From the NCBI GenBank assembly GCA_049796755.1, contig JBARFA010000005.1:2625-66624 (forward strand): a stretch of 64,000 nt of DNA, in the 5' to 3' direction. Within the stretch, counting starts at the first letter, position 1. The number at the start of each line of letters is the position of its first letter. Below, one piece after another: positions 29,157 to 37,533 of this stretch. The position numbers were made by a program, and so were the translations under genes. The stretch is from Acidobacteriaceae bacterium (GTDB lineage: Bacteria > Acidobacteriota > Terriglobia > Terriglobales > Acidobacteriaceae). The notes beneath the pieces are model-generated. The model ran no database searches and was not told where the DNA came from. It saw only the letters and a program-made list of their open reading frames with translations.

Positions 29157-30299
29157 TCACCGATAGGATTGGATGGCACGATCCAGATCGGCCAGCAAAT
29201 CTTCCTCGTCTTCAATTCCGACAGAAATGCGCACGAGGTCTTTTGGCAGGTCACGCTGCGACATCAACTCCACCGGAACGCTCGCGTGCGACATGTTTCC
29301 GGGCACGCTGATGGAAGAGTTGACGCTGCCGAAGCTGACGGTGATGCGGAACAGCTTGGCATTTTCCGCGATCGCTTTTGAGAGCGCGACAGAACCGGTC
29401 GTGAAGCTCAAGACTGCGCCCGAGCCACGCGCCTGAGAATGCTGCAACTCATACCCGGCATCGCTTTTCAATCCGGGATAGCAGACTCTTTGTATCGCTT
29501 TGTGCCTGCTGAGATATTCCGCAATGGCTTGGGCGTTTTTTTGCTGACAATCGAGGCGCAGCTTTAATGTCTTCATGCCACGCAACAGCAGATAGCAATC
29601 GAACGGCGCAAGCGCGTTTCCTTCCGCATTCTGGACAAAATAAATTTGCTCGGCGAGCGCCTTGTCTTTGACGACGATGGATCCAGCGGTGACGTCATGG
29701 TGTCCGCCGAGAAACTTTGTTCCCGAATGCAGAACCACATCTGCTCCCAGGTCAAGCGGGTTCTGCAGGTAGGGCGACATGCTGCTATTGTCGACGCAAA
29801 ATAATGCACCGTGAGCCTGCGCCATGGCAGCGAGTTTGCGCAGATCCACCACGCGCAGCAAAGGATTGGTCGGCGACTCGACGTAGATCATTTTTGTTTT
29901 CGGAGTGATCTGTCGCTCGAAATTTTCGAGATCGCACGCGTCTGCATATTTGGCGGAGATGCCGGTCCGCTTCAGCACCTTGGTAAACAGGCGGCAGGTG
30001 CCACCATACAAATCGTTGTCGGCAAGAATTTCTTCACCGTTCTGCAGCAATTTGGTCGCGGTGGTGATCGCGGCCATGCCGCTGGAGAAACAATATCCAT
30101 GAGTTCCGTTTTCCAGCGATGCAATTTGCGTTTCGACCACCGCACGAGTCGGATTGCCGCTGCGCGAATAATCGTACTCGCCGAACTGATCGGAATATTC
30201 CTGCTCGAACGTTGCGGTCTGATAGATCGGTGTGGAGATGGGCCGGAAGCGATCTCCTGGAGCGGGATCGAAGCTGACCAGGCGGCTAGCGATTTTCAT
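29157..30299 (-). CDS. Cys/Met-metabolism PLP enzyme, cystathionine beta-lyase-like
   Basis: YDYSRSGNPTR, SSGMAAI, and a PLP-Lys region HSGTKFLGGH. I chose the ATG at 30299, which overlaps the upstream gene's stop by 14 nt. The longest ORF starts at 30422. Confidence 0.85.
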   Translation of the reverse strand: MKIASRLVSFDPAPGDRFRPISTPIYQTATFEQEYSDQFGEYDYSRSGNPTRAVVETQIASLENGTHGYCFSSGMAAITTATKLLQNGEEILADNDLYGGTCRLFTKVLKRTGISAKYADACDLENFERQITPKTKMIYVESPTNPLLRVVDLRKLAAMAQAHGALFCVDNSSMSPYLQNPLDLGADVVLHSGTKFLGGHHDVTAGSIVVKDKALAEQIYFVQNAEGNALAPFDCYLLLRGMKTLKLRLDCQQKNAQAIAEYLSRHKAIQRVCYPGLKSDAGYELQHSQARGSGAVLSFTTGSVALSKAIAENAKLFRITVSFGSVNSSISVPGNMSHASVPVELMSQRDLPKDLVRISVGIEDEEDLLADLDRAIQSYR

Positions 30300-31626
30300 G
30301 GCCACCCTCTTTCTCCTGCACGCTACATCCAGCAGCTGCCATCGCCTGCTCCAGATCGCGGATGATATCTTGCGGCGCTTCCAGTCCGACGGAGAGTCGA
30401 ACCAAACTATCGGTGATGCCAAGCTTACGGCGCAACTCAGGGTCCAGATCGGCGTGCGTTGTTGAAGATGGATGCGTGATCAGAGTTTCCAAACCTCCCA
30501 GACTTTCGGCGCGCGAGCAGAGCTGCACTTGATTCAGCATGCGAATTGTGGCGTCGTATCCAGCCTTCAACTCAAATGCGATCATGCCGCCAGCCGCTCC
30601 CTGTTGCTTTTCTGCTAAAGATTTTTGCGGACACGATTGCAGACCGGGATAATACACTCGCGCCACTGCCGGATTGCTTTCCAGCCATTCAGCAATGACC
30701 TGCGCGTTTTCGCAGTGGAGTTTCAACCGCGCGGGCAACGTCTTCATTCCCTGCAACGCCAACCATGCTTCGAACGGAGCCTGCGTGGTGCCGATGGTCT
30801 TGCGGATCAAACGAAATCGCTCCAGCAGCTTCTCATCCCGTGTGGCCAACGAGCCGCCAACGGTTGCATTGTGACCGTCGATGTATTTCGTCGTTGATAA
30901 GAGAGAAATGTCTGCGCCTAGTTGGAGGACGTTCTGCAAGACCGGCGTCAAGAATGTGTTGTCGACTGCCAGCAAAATCGAATGGCGCTTGGTGATCTCG
31001 GCAACCGCGGCAATATCCGAAAGCTTCAGCGTTGGATTGCCCGGCGTCTCCAGGAAAACGATGCGAGTCGCAGGAGTGATTGCCGCTTCAACATTGCCCG
31101 GATCGGATGTGTCCACGAACGACGCGGTGATGCCGAGATGATCCAGGACTTCGCGAAACAGGCGCATGGTCCCGCCGTACACAACATCGGTCAATACGGC
31201 GTGATCGCCGGACTTCAACACGGAGAGAAACAGCGTGGTCACTGCGGCCATGCCTGTGCGAAAACAAACTACCGTCGGGGTTCCTTCCAGCGCGCCAATC
31301 GCCTTTTCCAACGCGTCGACGGTGGGGTTCGACACGCGCGAGTAGCTAAATCCTTTGTCGACGCCGACTGCATCGTGCACGAAGGTACTGGTCTGGTAGA
31401 GAGGAAACAGGATCGAGCTGGCGTGGGAATCCAGCGATCGTCCGCCATGAATCGCGACGGTAGAAATGTCCAAATCTGGTGAGCTCAAAACGCAATCTCC
31501 ATTAGGGCTATGCAATGGTTCCTGGGAGAAACTGGCCGTGGCGGGAACTCCCCAGGCGGCTACCAGAATGAAGATTGAGCGGGATAACTCAGACTTCTGA
31601 AGCTGGCCTGCGACCACCTGGGGCAC
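30286..31626 (-). CDS. Cys/Met-metabolism PLP enzyme, cystathionine gamma-synthase/gamma-lyase-like (start uncertain)
   Basis: YSRVSNPT, RTGMAAV and STTKYIDGH. The GTG start at 31626 gives a hydrophobic N-terminal extension; a shorter start near 31490 is possible. Confidence 0.85.
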   Translation of the reverse strand: MPQVVAGQLQKSELSRSIFILVAAWGVPATASFSQEPLHSPNGDCVLSSPDLDISTVAIHGGRSLDSHASSILFPLYQTSTFVHDAVGVDKGFSYSRVSNPTVDALEKAIGALEGTPTVVCFRTGMAAVTTLFLSVLKSGDHAVLTDVVYGGTMRLFREVLDHLGITASFVDTSDPGNVEAAITPATRIVFLETPGNPTLKLSDIAAVAEITKRHSILLAVDNTFLTPVLQNVLQLGADISLLSTTKYIDGHNATVGGSLATRDEKLLERFRLIRKTIGTTQAPFEAWLALQGMKTLPARLKLHCENAQVIAEWLESNPAVARVYYPGLQSCPQKSLAEKQQGAAGGMIAFELKAGYDATIRMLNQVQLCSRAESLGGLETLITHPSSTTHADLDPELRRKLGITDSLVRLSVGLEAPQDIIRDLEQAMAAAGCSVQEKEGGHENR

Positions 31627-31768
31627 GCATGGCCATATACATTCGAGAAGGTTGAATCGTCGTCACTCGGCAGAACTCCAGCACCAAAGAAGTTGCTAAA
31701 TTGTAGCATAGGAAGAGCGCGATTCAGGCAGCCCCGTAAGCCTGGCAACCGCAAGAATTGCAGGCAAA

Positions 31769-32335
31769 ATGCTGCTGAAGATTGTTGCTGTTGGACATCC
31801 CGTATTGCGGCAAACGGCGCGTGCACTCACGCCCAAAGAGATTCGCAGCCCAGAGATCAAAGACCTGATTGAGCATATGCGTGAGACTCTGCGAGACGCA
31901 CCCGGAGTTGGATTGGCAGCGCCGCAGATTGGTCAGTCCTTAAACTTGGCGGTGATTGAAGATCGTGCGGAATATCACAAGGCGGCGACGGAAGCGGAAT
32001 TGAAGGAGAGGGAACGCGTGCCCATCGACTTCCACGCGCTGATTAATCCGCAGATTGAATTGCTTTCCGACTCGCAGGTTTCTTTTTTTGAAGGCTGCCT
32101 GAGCCTTCCGGGATTTATGGCGGAGGTTCCGCGCTCGCGCTCGGTTCGTGTCACCTGTCTCGACCACCATGGCAAGTCTCGAGTGATTGAAGCGAAGGGA
32201 TGGTACGCTCGCATTTTGCAGCATGAGATCGATCATTTGCATGGGAAGATTTACATCGATCGCATGCGAAGCCAGACGTTTTCCACGCTGGATAACTACC
32301 AGCGCCACTGGAAGAATCGCGCACCCGATCATTGA
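31769..32335 (+). CDS. def: peptide deformylase
   Basis: The three PDF motifs are present: GVGLAAPQIG, EGCLS and HEIDHL. Confidence 0.9.
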   Translation: MLLKIVAVGHPVLRQTARALTPKEIRSPEIKDLIEHMRETLRDAPGVGLAAPQIGQSLNLAVIEDRAEYHKAATEAELKERERVPIDFHALINPQIELLSDSQVSFFEGCLSLPGFMAEVPRSRSVRVTCLDHHGKSRVIEAKGWYARILQHEIDHLHGKIYIDRMRSQTFSTLDNYQRHWKNRAPDH

Positions 32336-32409
32336 GATATTCGCCCGATTACGATGCCGAACGACGGCGCGAAGAATGGGGGCACGATTGAAAATGATGG
32401 CATGATGAT

Positions 32410-32439
32410 TTGACAATATTTTGTTGCGGCCTCTATGCT
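32410..32439 (+). promoter_or_regulatory. sigma70-like promoter about 200 nt upstream of tRNA-Cys
   Basis: TTGACA (32410-32415), 18-nt spacer, TATGCT (32434-32439). I found no better promoter-like sequence closer to the tRNA. Confidence 0.45.
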
Positions 32440-32482
32440 CGATTTCAAGAGGCAGCCACACCGCTTCCGAAAGTTTTCGCCA

Positions 32483-32551
32483 ATGATGAACATCGCTCCA
32501 GCCCGCCGCTGTCTATGCTGTTGCTGCAGCTATATGCGGGTGTGTCCATGA
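32483..32551 (+). CDS. candidate 22-codon poly-cysteine leader ORF (MMNIAPARRCLCCCCSYMRVCP)
   Basis: Read directly from sequence: ATGATG ... TGT CTA TGC TGT TGC TGC ... TGT CCA TGA. It has 6 Cys in 22 codons. There is no obvious Shine-Dalgarno sequence. Confidence 0.3.
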   Translation: MMNIAPARRCLCCCCSYMRVCP

Positions 32552-32578
32552 GCGAATCGATCTAAAACAATTTCGCGC

Positions 32579-32635
32579 AACCATGGAAACCCACCTGCCG
32601 TAGATTGGCCGAGTGGGTTTTTCGTTTGCATGGTT
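32579..32635 (+). terminator. compound terminator-like hairpin in the tRNA-Cys leader
   Basis: Core stem GAAACCCAC (32586-32594) / GTGGGTTTT (32613-32621) followed by TCGTTT. An outer helix AACCATG / CATGGTT encloses it. The loop is long (18 nt, with an internal GCC/GGC pairing). Confidence 0.4.
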
Positions 32636-32644
32636 CAACCAAGA

Positions 32645-32720
32645 GCACCGGTGGTGAAGTGGCTAACGCGCTGGTCTGCAAAACCAGTATTCGCGGGTTC
32701 GATTCCCGCCCGGTGCTCCA
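32645..32720 (+). tRNA. tRNA-Cys (anticodon GCA)
   Basis: Hand-folded cloverleaf. Acceptor GCACCGG/CCGGTGC; D-arm with an A13-A22 mismatch; anticodon stem CTGGT/ACCAG with loop CTGCAAA; T-arm GCGGG-TTCGATT-CCCGC; discriminator U73; encoded CCA. Confidence 0.9.
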
Positions 32721-32801
32721 TACATCTCATTCGCCTAGATCCCGAGTATCCATTGCCTTGGGGCAGGTTTCAACGTTAGCCTGAGTCGGAGGGGCCAACG
32801 A

Positions 32802-34292
32802 ATGCGCTTTCATTTCCGCGATTTTCTTTTCCCAGTCCTGTTCGGTTTTATCCTGGTCGCCGCCAGCTCTCCGCTGGTGAATGCGCAATCGCAATCGAAG
32901 CCTCCAGATTTGCACGGAGCTTATCGATTTGAGCGGGCCAATTGGGTTTATGTCCACCTGCAGGGCACGCCGCACCAGATTGGCTTTGAAAACGGATATT
33001 TGTTGGCACCCGAGATTGAGGATGGCTTTCATGCCATTCAGCTGGAAGACACGCATAACACGCATCGCAACTGGGAGTTTTATCGGACGACCGCTAAGGA
33101 TGTTTACTGGCCGCACATTGAAGCCGAGTATCGCGAAGAATTACAGGGAATTGCGGACGGCCTGAAGGCCCACGGCATTACCGACATGGACATCTGGGAC
33201 GTGGTCGCGGTGAACGGCTTCAATGAGACCGACGAATATTACATCCCCTATCTCGAAAGCAAAGGACATCCAACCGCCCTTGCAAGCTTGAGCCCACGCG
33301 GGCGTTGCAGCGCCTTTGTTGCCACAGGGGATTGGACGCGCGACCACAAGCCGGTTATTGCTCATAGCCTGTGGAGTCCATTTCTTGAAGGCGAGCGTTG
33401 GCGCATCATGTATGACATTGTTCCGCAACATGGCTATCGAATTTTGATGGATGGCTGGCCGGGCAAGATCGACAGCGGCGACGATTTCGGAATCAACTCC
33501 GCCGGAATCGCCATTACAGAAACCACGATCAGCGGTTTCCATGGGTTCGATCCCAATGGTGTGCCGGAATTTGTCCGTGCGCGCAAGGCCATGCAGTATT
33601 CGTCGAATATCGACGACTTCGAACGCCTGATGGTGACGGGAAATAACGGTGGTTATGCCAACGATTGGCTGATCGCGGATAACCATACCGGAGAAATCGC
33701 CCGTCTGGAACTGGGACTGAAAATCCATCGCCTTTGGCGCACCAAGAACGGCTACTTTGTGGGTTCCAATTTTCCCAGCGATCCGACACTCACCCGGGAA
33801 GAGACCACATTTGATCCCAACGATGCGAGCAACACCGCGAACGCGCGGCACAAACGGTGGGACGAATTGATGGCGCAATACAAGGGCCAGATCGACGTTC
33901 CGCTGGCGCAAAAGTTTTTAGCCGATCACCTTGACGCCTATACCGGGAAGTGGGGACCGGATGAACGCACATTGTGTGGACATGAAGACGTCTCCCCACG
34001 TGGCGTTGCAATATGGGGTGACCCGCCTTTTGAACCGGGTGGCGCGGCCAATGCCAAAGCGGCCGACAGTTCGATGATTAGCAAAATGTCGTTTATGGCG
34101 CGAACCAATCGGCCTTGTGGCGAGCCATTTCTTGTCAAACCGTTTCTGGCGAAGCATCCTGAATTCGCATGGGAGAAGCCGGTGCTGCGGGATATGCAGG
34201 GAACTCCGTGGGCCATGTTTCGGGCGAATGATCATGCTTCATCCACTGCGGCGAAAACGGGCAACGTCCACGCGAACGTCGGCGGAAATTGA
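32802..34292 (+). CDS. phospholipase B-like (PLBD/LAMA family) Ntn-hydrolase, secreted
   Basis: Signal peptide, candidate nucleophile in RGRCSAFVA, and GWPGKIDSGDDFGINSAGIAITETTI, which closely resembles the SGDDF...ETT block of eukaryotic PLBD proteins. Confidence 0.7.
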   Translation: MRFHFRDFLFPVLFGFILVAASSPLVNAQSQSKPPDLHGAYRFERANWVYVHLQGTPHQIGFENGYLLAPEIEDGFHAIQLEDTHNTHRNWEFYRTTAKDVYWPHIEAEYREELQGIADGLKAHGITDMDIWDVVAVNGFNETDEYYIPYLESKGHPTALASLSPRGRCSAFVATGDWTRDHKPVIAHSLWSPFLEGERWRIMYDIVPQHGYRILMDGWPGKIDSGDDFGINSAGIAITETTISGFHGFDPNGVPEFVRARKAMQYSSNIDDFERLMVTGNNGGYANDWLIADNHTGEIARLELGLKIHRLWRTKNGYFVGSNFPSDPTLTREETTFDPNDASNTANARHKRWDELMAQYKGQIDVPLAQKFLADHLDAYTGKWGPDERTLCGHEDVSPRGVAIWGDPPFEPGGAANAKAADSSMISKMSFMARTNRPCGEPFLVKPFLAKHPEFAWEKPVLRDMQGTPWAMFRANDHASSTAAKTGNVHANVGGN

Positions 34293-34527
34293 ACCTGAAA
34301 CGTGGAGGACGGGATGAGAAAATCTTCAGCCCTTCACCTGAACAGCCGGCCGCGAAAACTCCGCGATGGCTTATGGCCTCCGCAAGGAAAATGATCGCCC
34401 GCGACTAGAAAGTTCCCGCTTCCAATGCAGCTTGGGCAGCCCATGTGCACATCTCACTGAATGTGCTAATTTGTCTCGCTCTTTTGCTCGCAAATCGATT
34501 CCGCGCGATTCTCTTCGAGAAACCGTG

Positions 34528-35028
34528 ATGGTTCGAAGGGACGTTTTCCTCGCCCCCGTATTGGAGGCGGCACTCATTGTGGTTCTTGCGGTGGTGGGTT
34601 GGCTCAGCCGAACACCTTTCGTGTTTGCCAGTCTCGGCCCCACAGCGTATGAAATCGTCGAGACCTCGAAACGTCCCAGCGCTCGTCCGTACAACATCAT
34701 CATGGGAAATCTGATTGCCGTTCTGGCCGGATTCGCGGCCCTCTGGATAACTGGCGCGTGGGGAGTACCGAGTATTTCTGCGCATGGTGTCCCGCTGGCT
34801 CGAGTGTGGGCTGCCACCATTGCCGCGTTGCTGACGGTATTGGGCACGCTACTGGCGCGCGCCACGCAACCTGCCGCTCTATCCACAACGATGTTGATCG
34901 CGCTGGGAATCATGCAGACCGCGAGAGATGGAGTCATCATCATGCTCGCCGTTCTTTTGATCACTGCAATCGGTGAGCCGCTTCGACGCTGGCGCATCAA
35001 GCATGCGCCACCTTCAAACCCTTCGTGA
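34528..35028 (+). CDS. HPP-family-like integral membrane protein
   Basis: Four or five TM segments and an FASLGPTAYE ... RPYNIIMGNLIAV pattern resembling the HPP family. I chose the ATG at 34528; the longest ORF starts at 34366. Confidence 0.55.
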   Translation: MVRRDVFLAPVLEAALIVVLAVVGWLSRTPFVFASLGPTAYEIVETSKRPSARPYNIIMGNLIAVLAGFAALWITGAWGVPSISAHGVPLARVWAATIAALLTVLGTLLARATQPAALSTTMLIALGIMQTARDGVIIMLAVLLITAIGEPLRRWRIKHAPPSNPS

Positions 35029-35091
35029 CCGCACCGTATTCTGGTAGCTGGAGTTACACTGAAGCAACCTGCCAACTCCGTCCTCACTCCT

Positions 35092-37425
35092 ATGACAGTG
35101 TTCTCGCGTGCAATTAAACTCCTAAGCCTGCTTGTTATCGGCGGGGCCTGGAGTTTGCTGGCGCAGGTGAACACAGGCGAACTCCGTGTCGTCGTCACCG
35201 ATCCAGCGGGGCCGGCCGCACATGTGCCTGTCACGGTGAGCAGTGAAGGAACACACTATCACAACACTCTCATCACAAATGCTTCCGGCATTATCGACTG
35301 TAAAGAACTTCCCTTCGGCATGTATTCCGTCCAGGTAGATCGACTTGGTTTTGCGCCTGCATCCATCCGCGCAGACATACACTCCGCAATCCCTGTGAAA
35401 CGCAGCCTGCATCTCGATCTCACTCCCATTACGACCGTGGTCAAAGTGAGTACACCGAACACTCTCATCGATCCTTATATGCCGTCCTCTGTGATGGAGA
35501 TAGGTTCGCAGCAAATCCAGGATCGCGTGAGATCGCTGCCCGGCCGATCGGTGCAGAACCTGGTGAACTCGCAGCCGGGATGGCTGTACGAGGGAAATGC
35601 TGTCCTGCATCCGCGCGGATCTGAATATCAAACTCAATTCGTGATCAATGGCATTCCGCTTACAGATAATCGTTCTCCCAGCTTTGGTCCGGAAATCGAA
35701 GCGAATGATCTGTCGTCCATCAGCATCTATACCGCCGGCTTTCCCGCGGAATTCGGTCGCAAAATGGGCGGAGTCGTGGAGTTGAACACAATTCGCGATA
35801 CCAATCCCGGACTGCATGGCCAGGTGGTGCTATCGGGTGGCAGTTACGATACCGGTTCCGCTTTCACGCAGCTGCAATATCTGCGCGGCAAAAATACGTT
35901 TGGCGCCACAGGCGCGGGCAGCATGACCGATCACTATCTGAACCCGGTTGTCCCGGAAAACTACACCAACACCGGGACGACCGGTGACTTTTCCGGTCGC
36001 TACGAGCGCGATTTTTCCGCTGCCGATCGACTGAGCCTTGGGCTGCGGCATGAGCTTTCGCGTTTTCTAATTCCAAATGAATTGGTGCAGCAGCAGGCGG
36101 GTCAACGCCAGTACGGCGACAACTTTGAAACCATGGGCACCGTTCACGACCAACATACTTTCTCTGCTAACAGCATCGGCACGCTGGCTGGCATGGTGCG
36201 CGACAACTCCAACGACCTCACGTCCAATGCGGCCTCAACGCCGATCATCGTTTTTCAGCATAATCATTTCCGTGAGGGCTACTTTAAGGGGACGTATTCT
36301 CTACACCACGGCAATCAGGAGATCAAAGCCGGCGTCGAATCCGACAACATTTTCCTTGACGAGAATTTTCACGACATTATTACCGATCCATCGCAGTTTG
36401 ATCCTGACACCCCATCGACATTCACCTTCATCGCGAGCCGCCCGGACCTGGAGCAGGCCGCTTTCGTTGAGGATTTGGTGCGCCTCGGCAAGTGGACGGT
36501 GAGCGCAGGTCTTCGCTACGACCACTATCAACTGCTGTTGAATGAGTTCGCATTCAGCCCGCGGCTTTCCGTCGGACGCTATTTTCCCTCGGCCGATCTT
36601 ATGCTGCACTTTTCCTACGACCGCGTGTTCCAGACACCGTCGTTTGAGAATATTCTGCTTTCCAGCTCGCCCGAGGTGGATGCCCTCAGCGATCAATTCC
36701 TGCGGCTTCCTGTGCAACCCTCTCGCGGAAATTATTACGAAATCGGCGCGTCGAAAGCGTTCCTCACGCGCATGCGTATCGACGCGAATATATATCGCCG
36801 CGATACGAGTAATTATGCAGACGACGACCAACTGCTGAACACCGGCATCAGCTATCCGATTGCGTTTAACCACGCAGTCATTTATGGCGCAGAAGGCAAG
36901 TTTGAACTGATTCATCTCGGCAGTTTCAGCGGATTCGTCAGCTACTCCTATATGGTCGGGAATGTTTGGCTGCCCGTCACCGGAGGTCTATTTCTTGGGC
37001 CGGACGCGAGCAGCGCAGCCAGCCAACTCTCCGGACACTTTCCCGATTCGCAGGATCAGCGCAACACAGTGAGAACGCGCTTTCGCGATCAACTGACGCC
37101 ACGCTTCTGGCTGGCAGCCGGCGCGGAATTCAATTCCGGCTTGCCTTTTGACTACACCGGTACGAAAGCGGATGCGATTGCACAATATGGCGCGGCTGTG
37201 GTGGGGCGGTTGAATTTCCCGCGTGGACGAGTAGAGCCGGCGCTGCTGTTCGATGCGACCGCAGCAGCTGAACTCTACAGAAACAAGCGCGTCACCATGA
37301 ATCTGCAGGTCGACGGAACCAATCTGAGCAACCAGCTCGATGTGATCGATTTTGGTGGACTTTTTTCCGGCAACGCCATCGGCCCCGGCCGCAGCTTCAA
37401 TCTCCGACTGAACACCTCGTTTTGA
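35092..37425 (+). CDS. TonB-dependent receptor with carboxypeptidase-regulatory-like N-terminal domain
   Basis: Signal peptide, a CarboxypepD_reg-like beta-sandwich (GELRVVVTDPAG ... GMYSVQVDRLGF), a plug region (NGIPLTDN), a long beta-barrel, and a C-terminal aromatic residue (...NTSF). Confidence 0.85.
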   Translation: MTVFSRAIKLLSLLVIGGAWSLLAQVNTGELRVVVTDPAGPAAHVPVTVSSEGTHYHNTLITNASGIIDCKELPFGMYSVQVDRLGFAPASIRADIHSAIPVKRSLHLDLTPITTVVKVSTPNTLIDPYMPSSVMEIGSQQIQDRVRSLPGRSVQNLVNSQPGWLYEGNAVLHPRGSEYQTQFVINGIPLTDNRSPSFGPEIEANDLSSISIYTAGFPAEFGRKMGGVVELNTIRDTNPGLHGQVVLSGGSYDTGSAFTQLQYLRGKNTFGATGAGSMTDHYLNPVVPENYTNTGTTGDFSGRYERDFSAADRLSLGLRHELSRFLIPNELVQQQAGQRQYGDNFETMGTVHDQHTFSANSIGTLAGMVRDNSNDLTSNAASTPIIVFQHNHFREGYFKGTYSLHHGNQEIKAGVESDNIFLDENFHDIITDPSQFDPDTPSTFTFIASRPDLEQAAFVEDLVRLGKWTVSAGLRYDHYQLLLNEFAFSPRLSVGRYFPSADLMLHFSYDRVFQTPSFENILLSSSPEVDALSDQFLRLPVQPSRGNYYEIGASKAFLTRMRIDANIYRRDTSNYADDDQLLNTGISYPIAFNHAVIYGAEGKFELIHLGSFSGFVSYSYMVGNVWLPVTGGLFLGPDASSAASQLSGHFPDSQDQRNTVRTRFRDQLTPRFWLAAGAEFNSGLPFDYTGTKADAIAQYGAAVVGRLNFPRGRVEPALLFDATAAAELYRNKRVTMNLQVDGTNLSNQLDVIDFGGLFSGNAIGPGRSFNLRLNTSF

Positions 37426-37498
37426 TTCGAGCGAAAGATCGACCTTCACCGCGTATTGGGCAACCTGGGCTGTCCTTCGATTCAGCGAGGTCAACGAA

Positions 37499-37516
37499 CT
37501 GGTCCATCAGGACCAG
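37499..37516 (-). terminator. hairpin downstream of lhr (weak terminator candidate)
   Basis: Perfect 7-bp stem CTGGTCC/GGACCAG with a 4-nt loop. On the minus strand it is followed by TTCGTTG. Confidence 0.35.
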
Positions 37517-37533
37517 CGCAATGTGCGTCGCAG

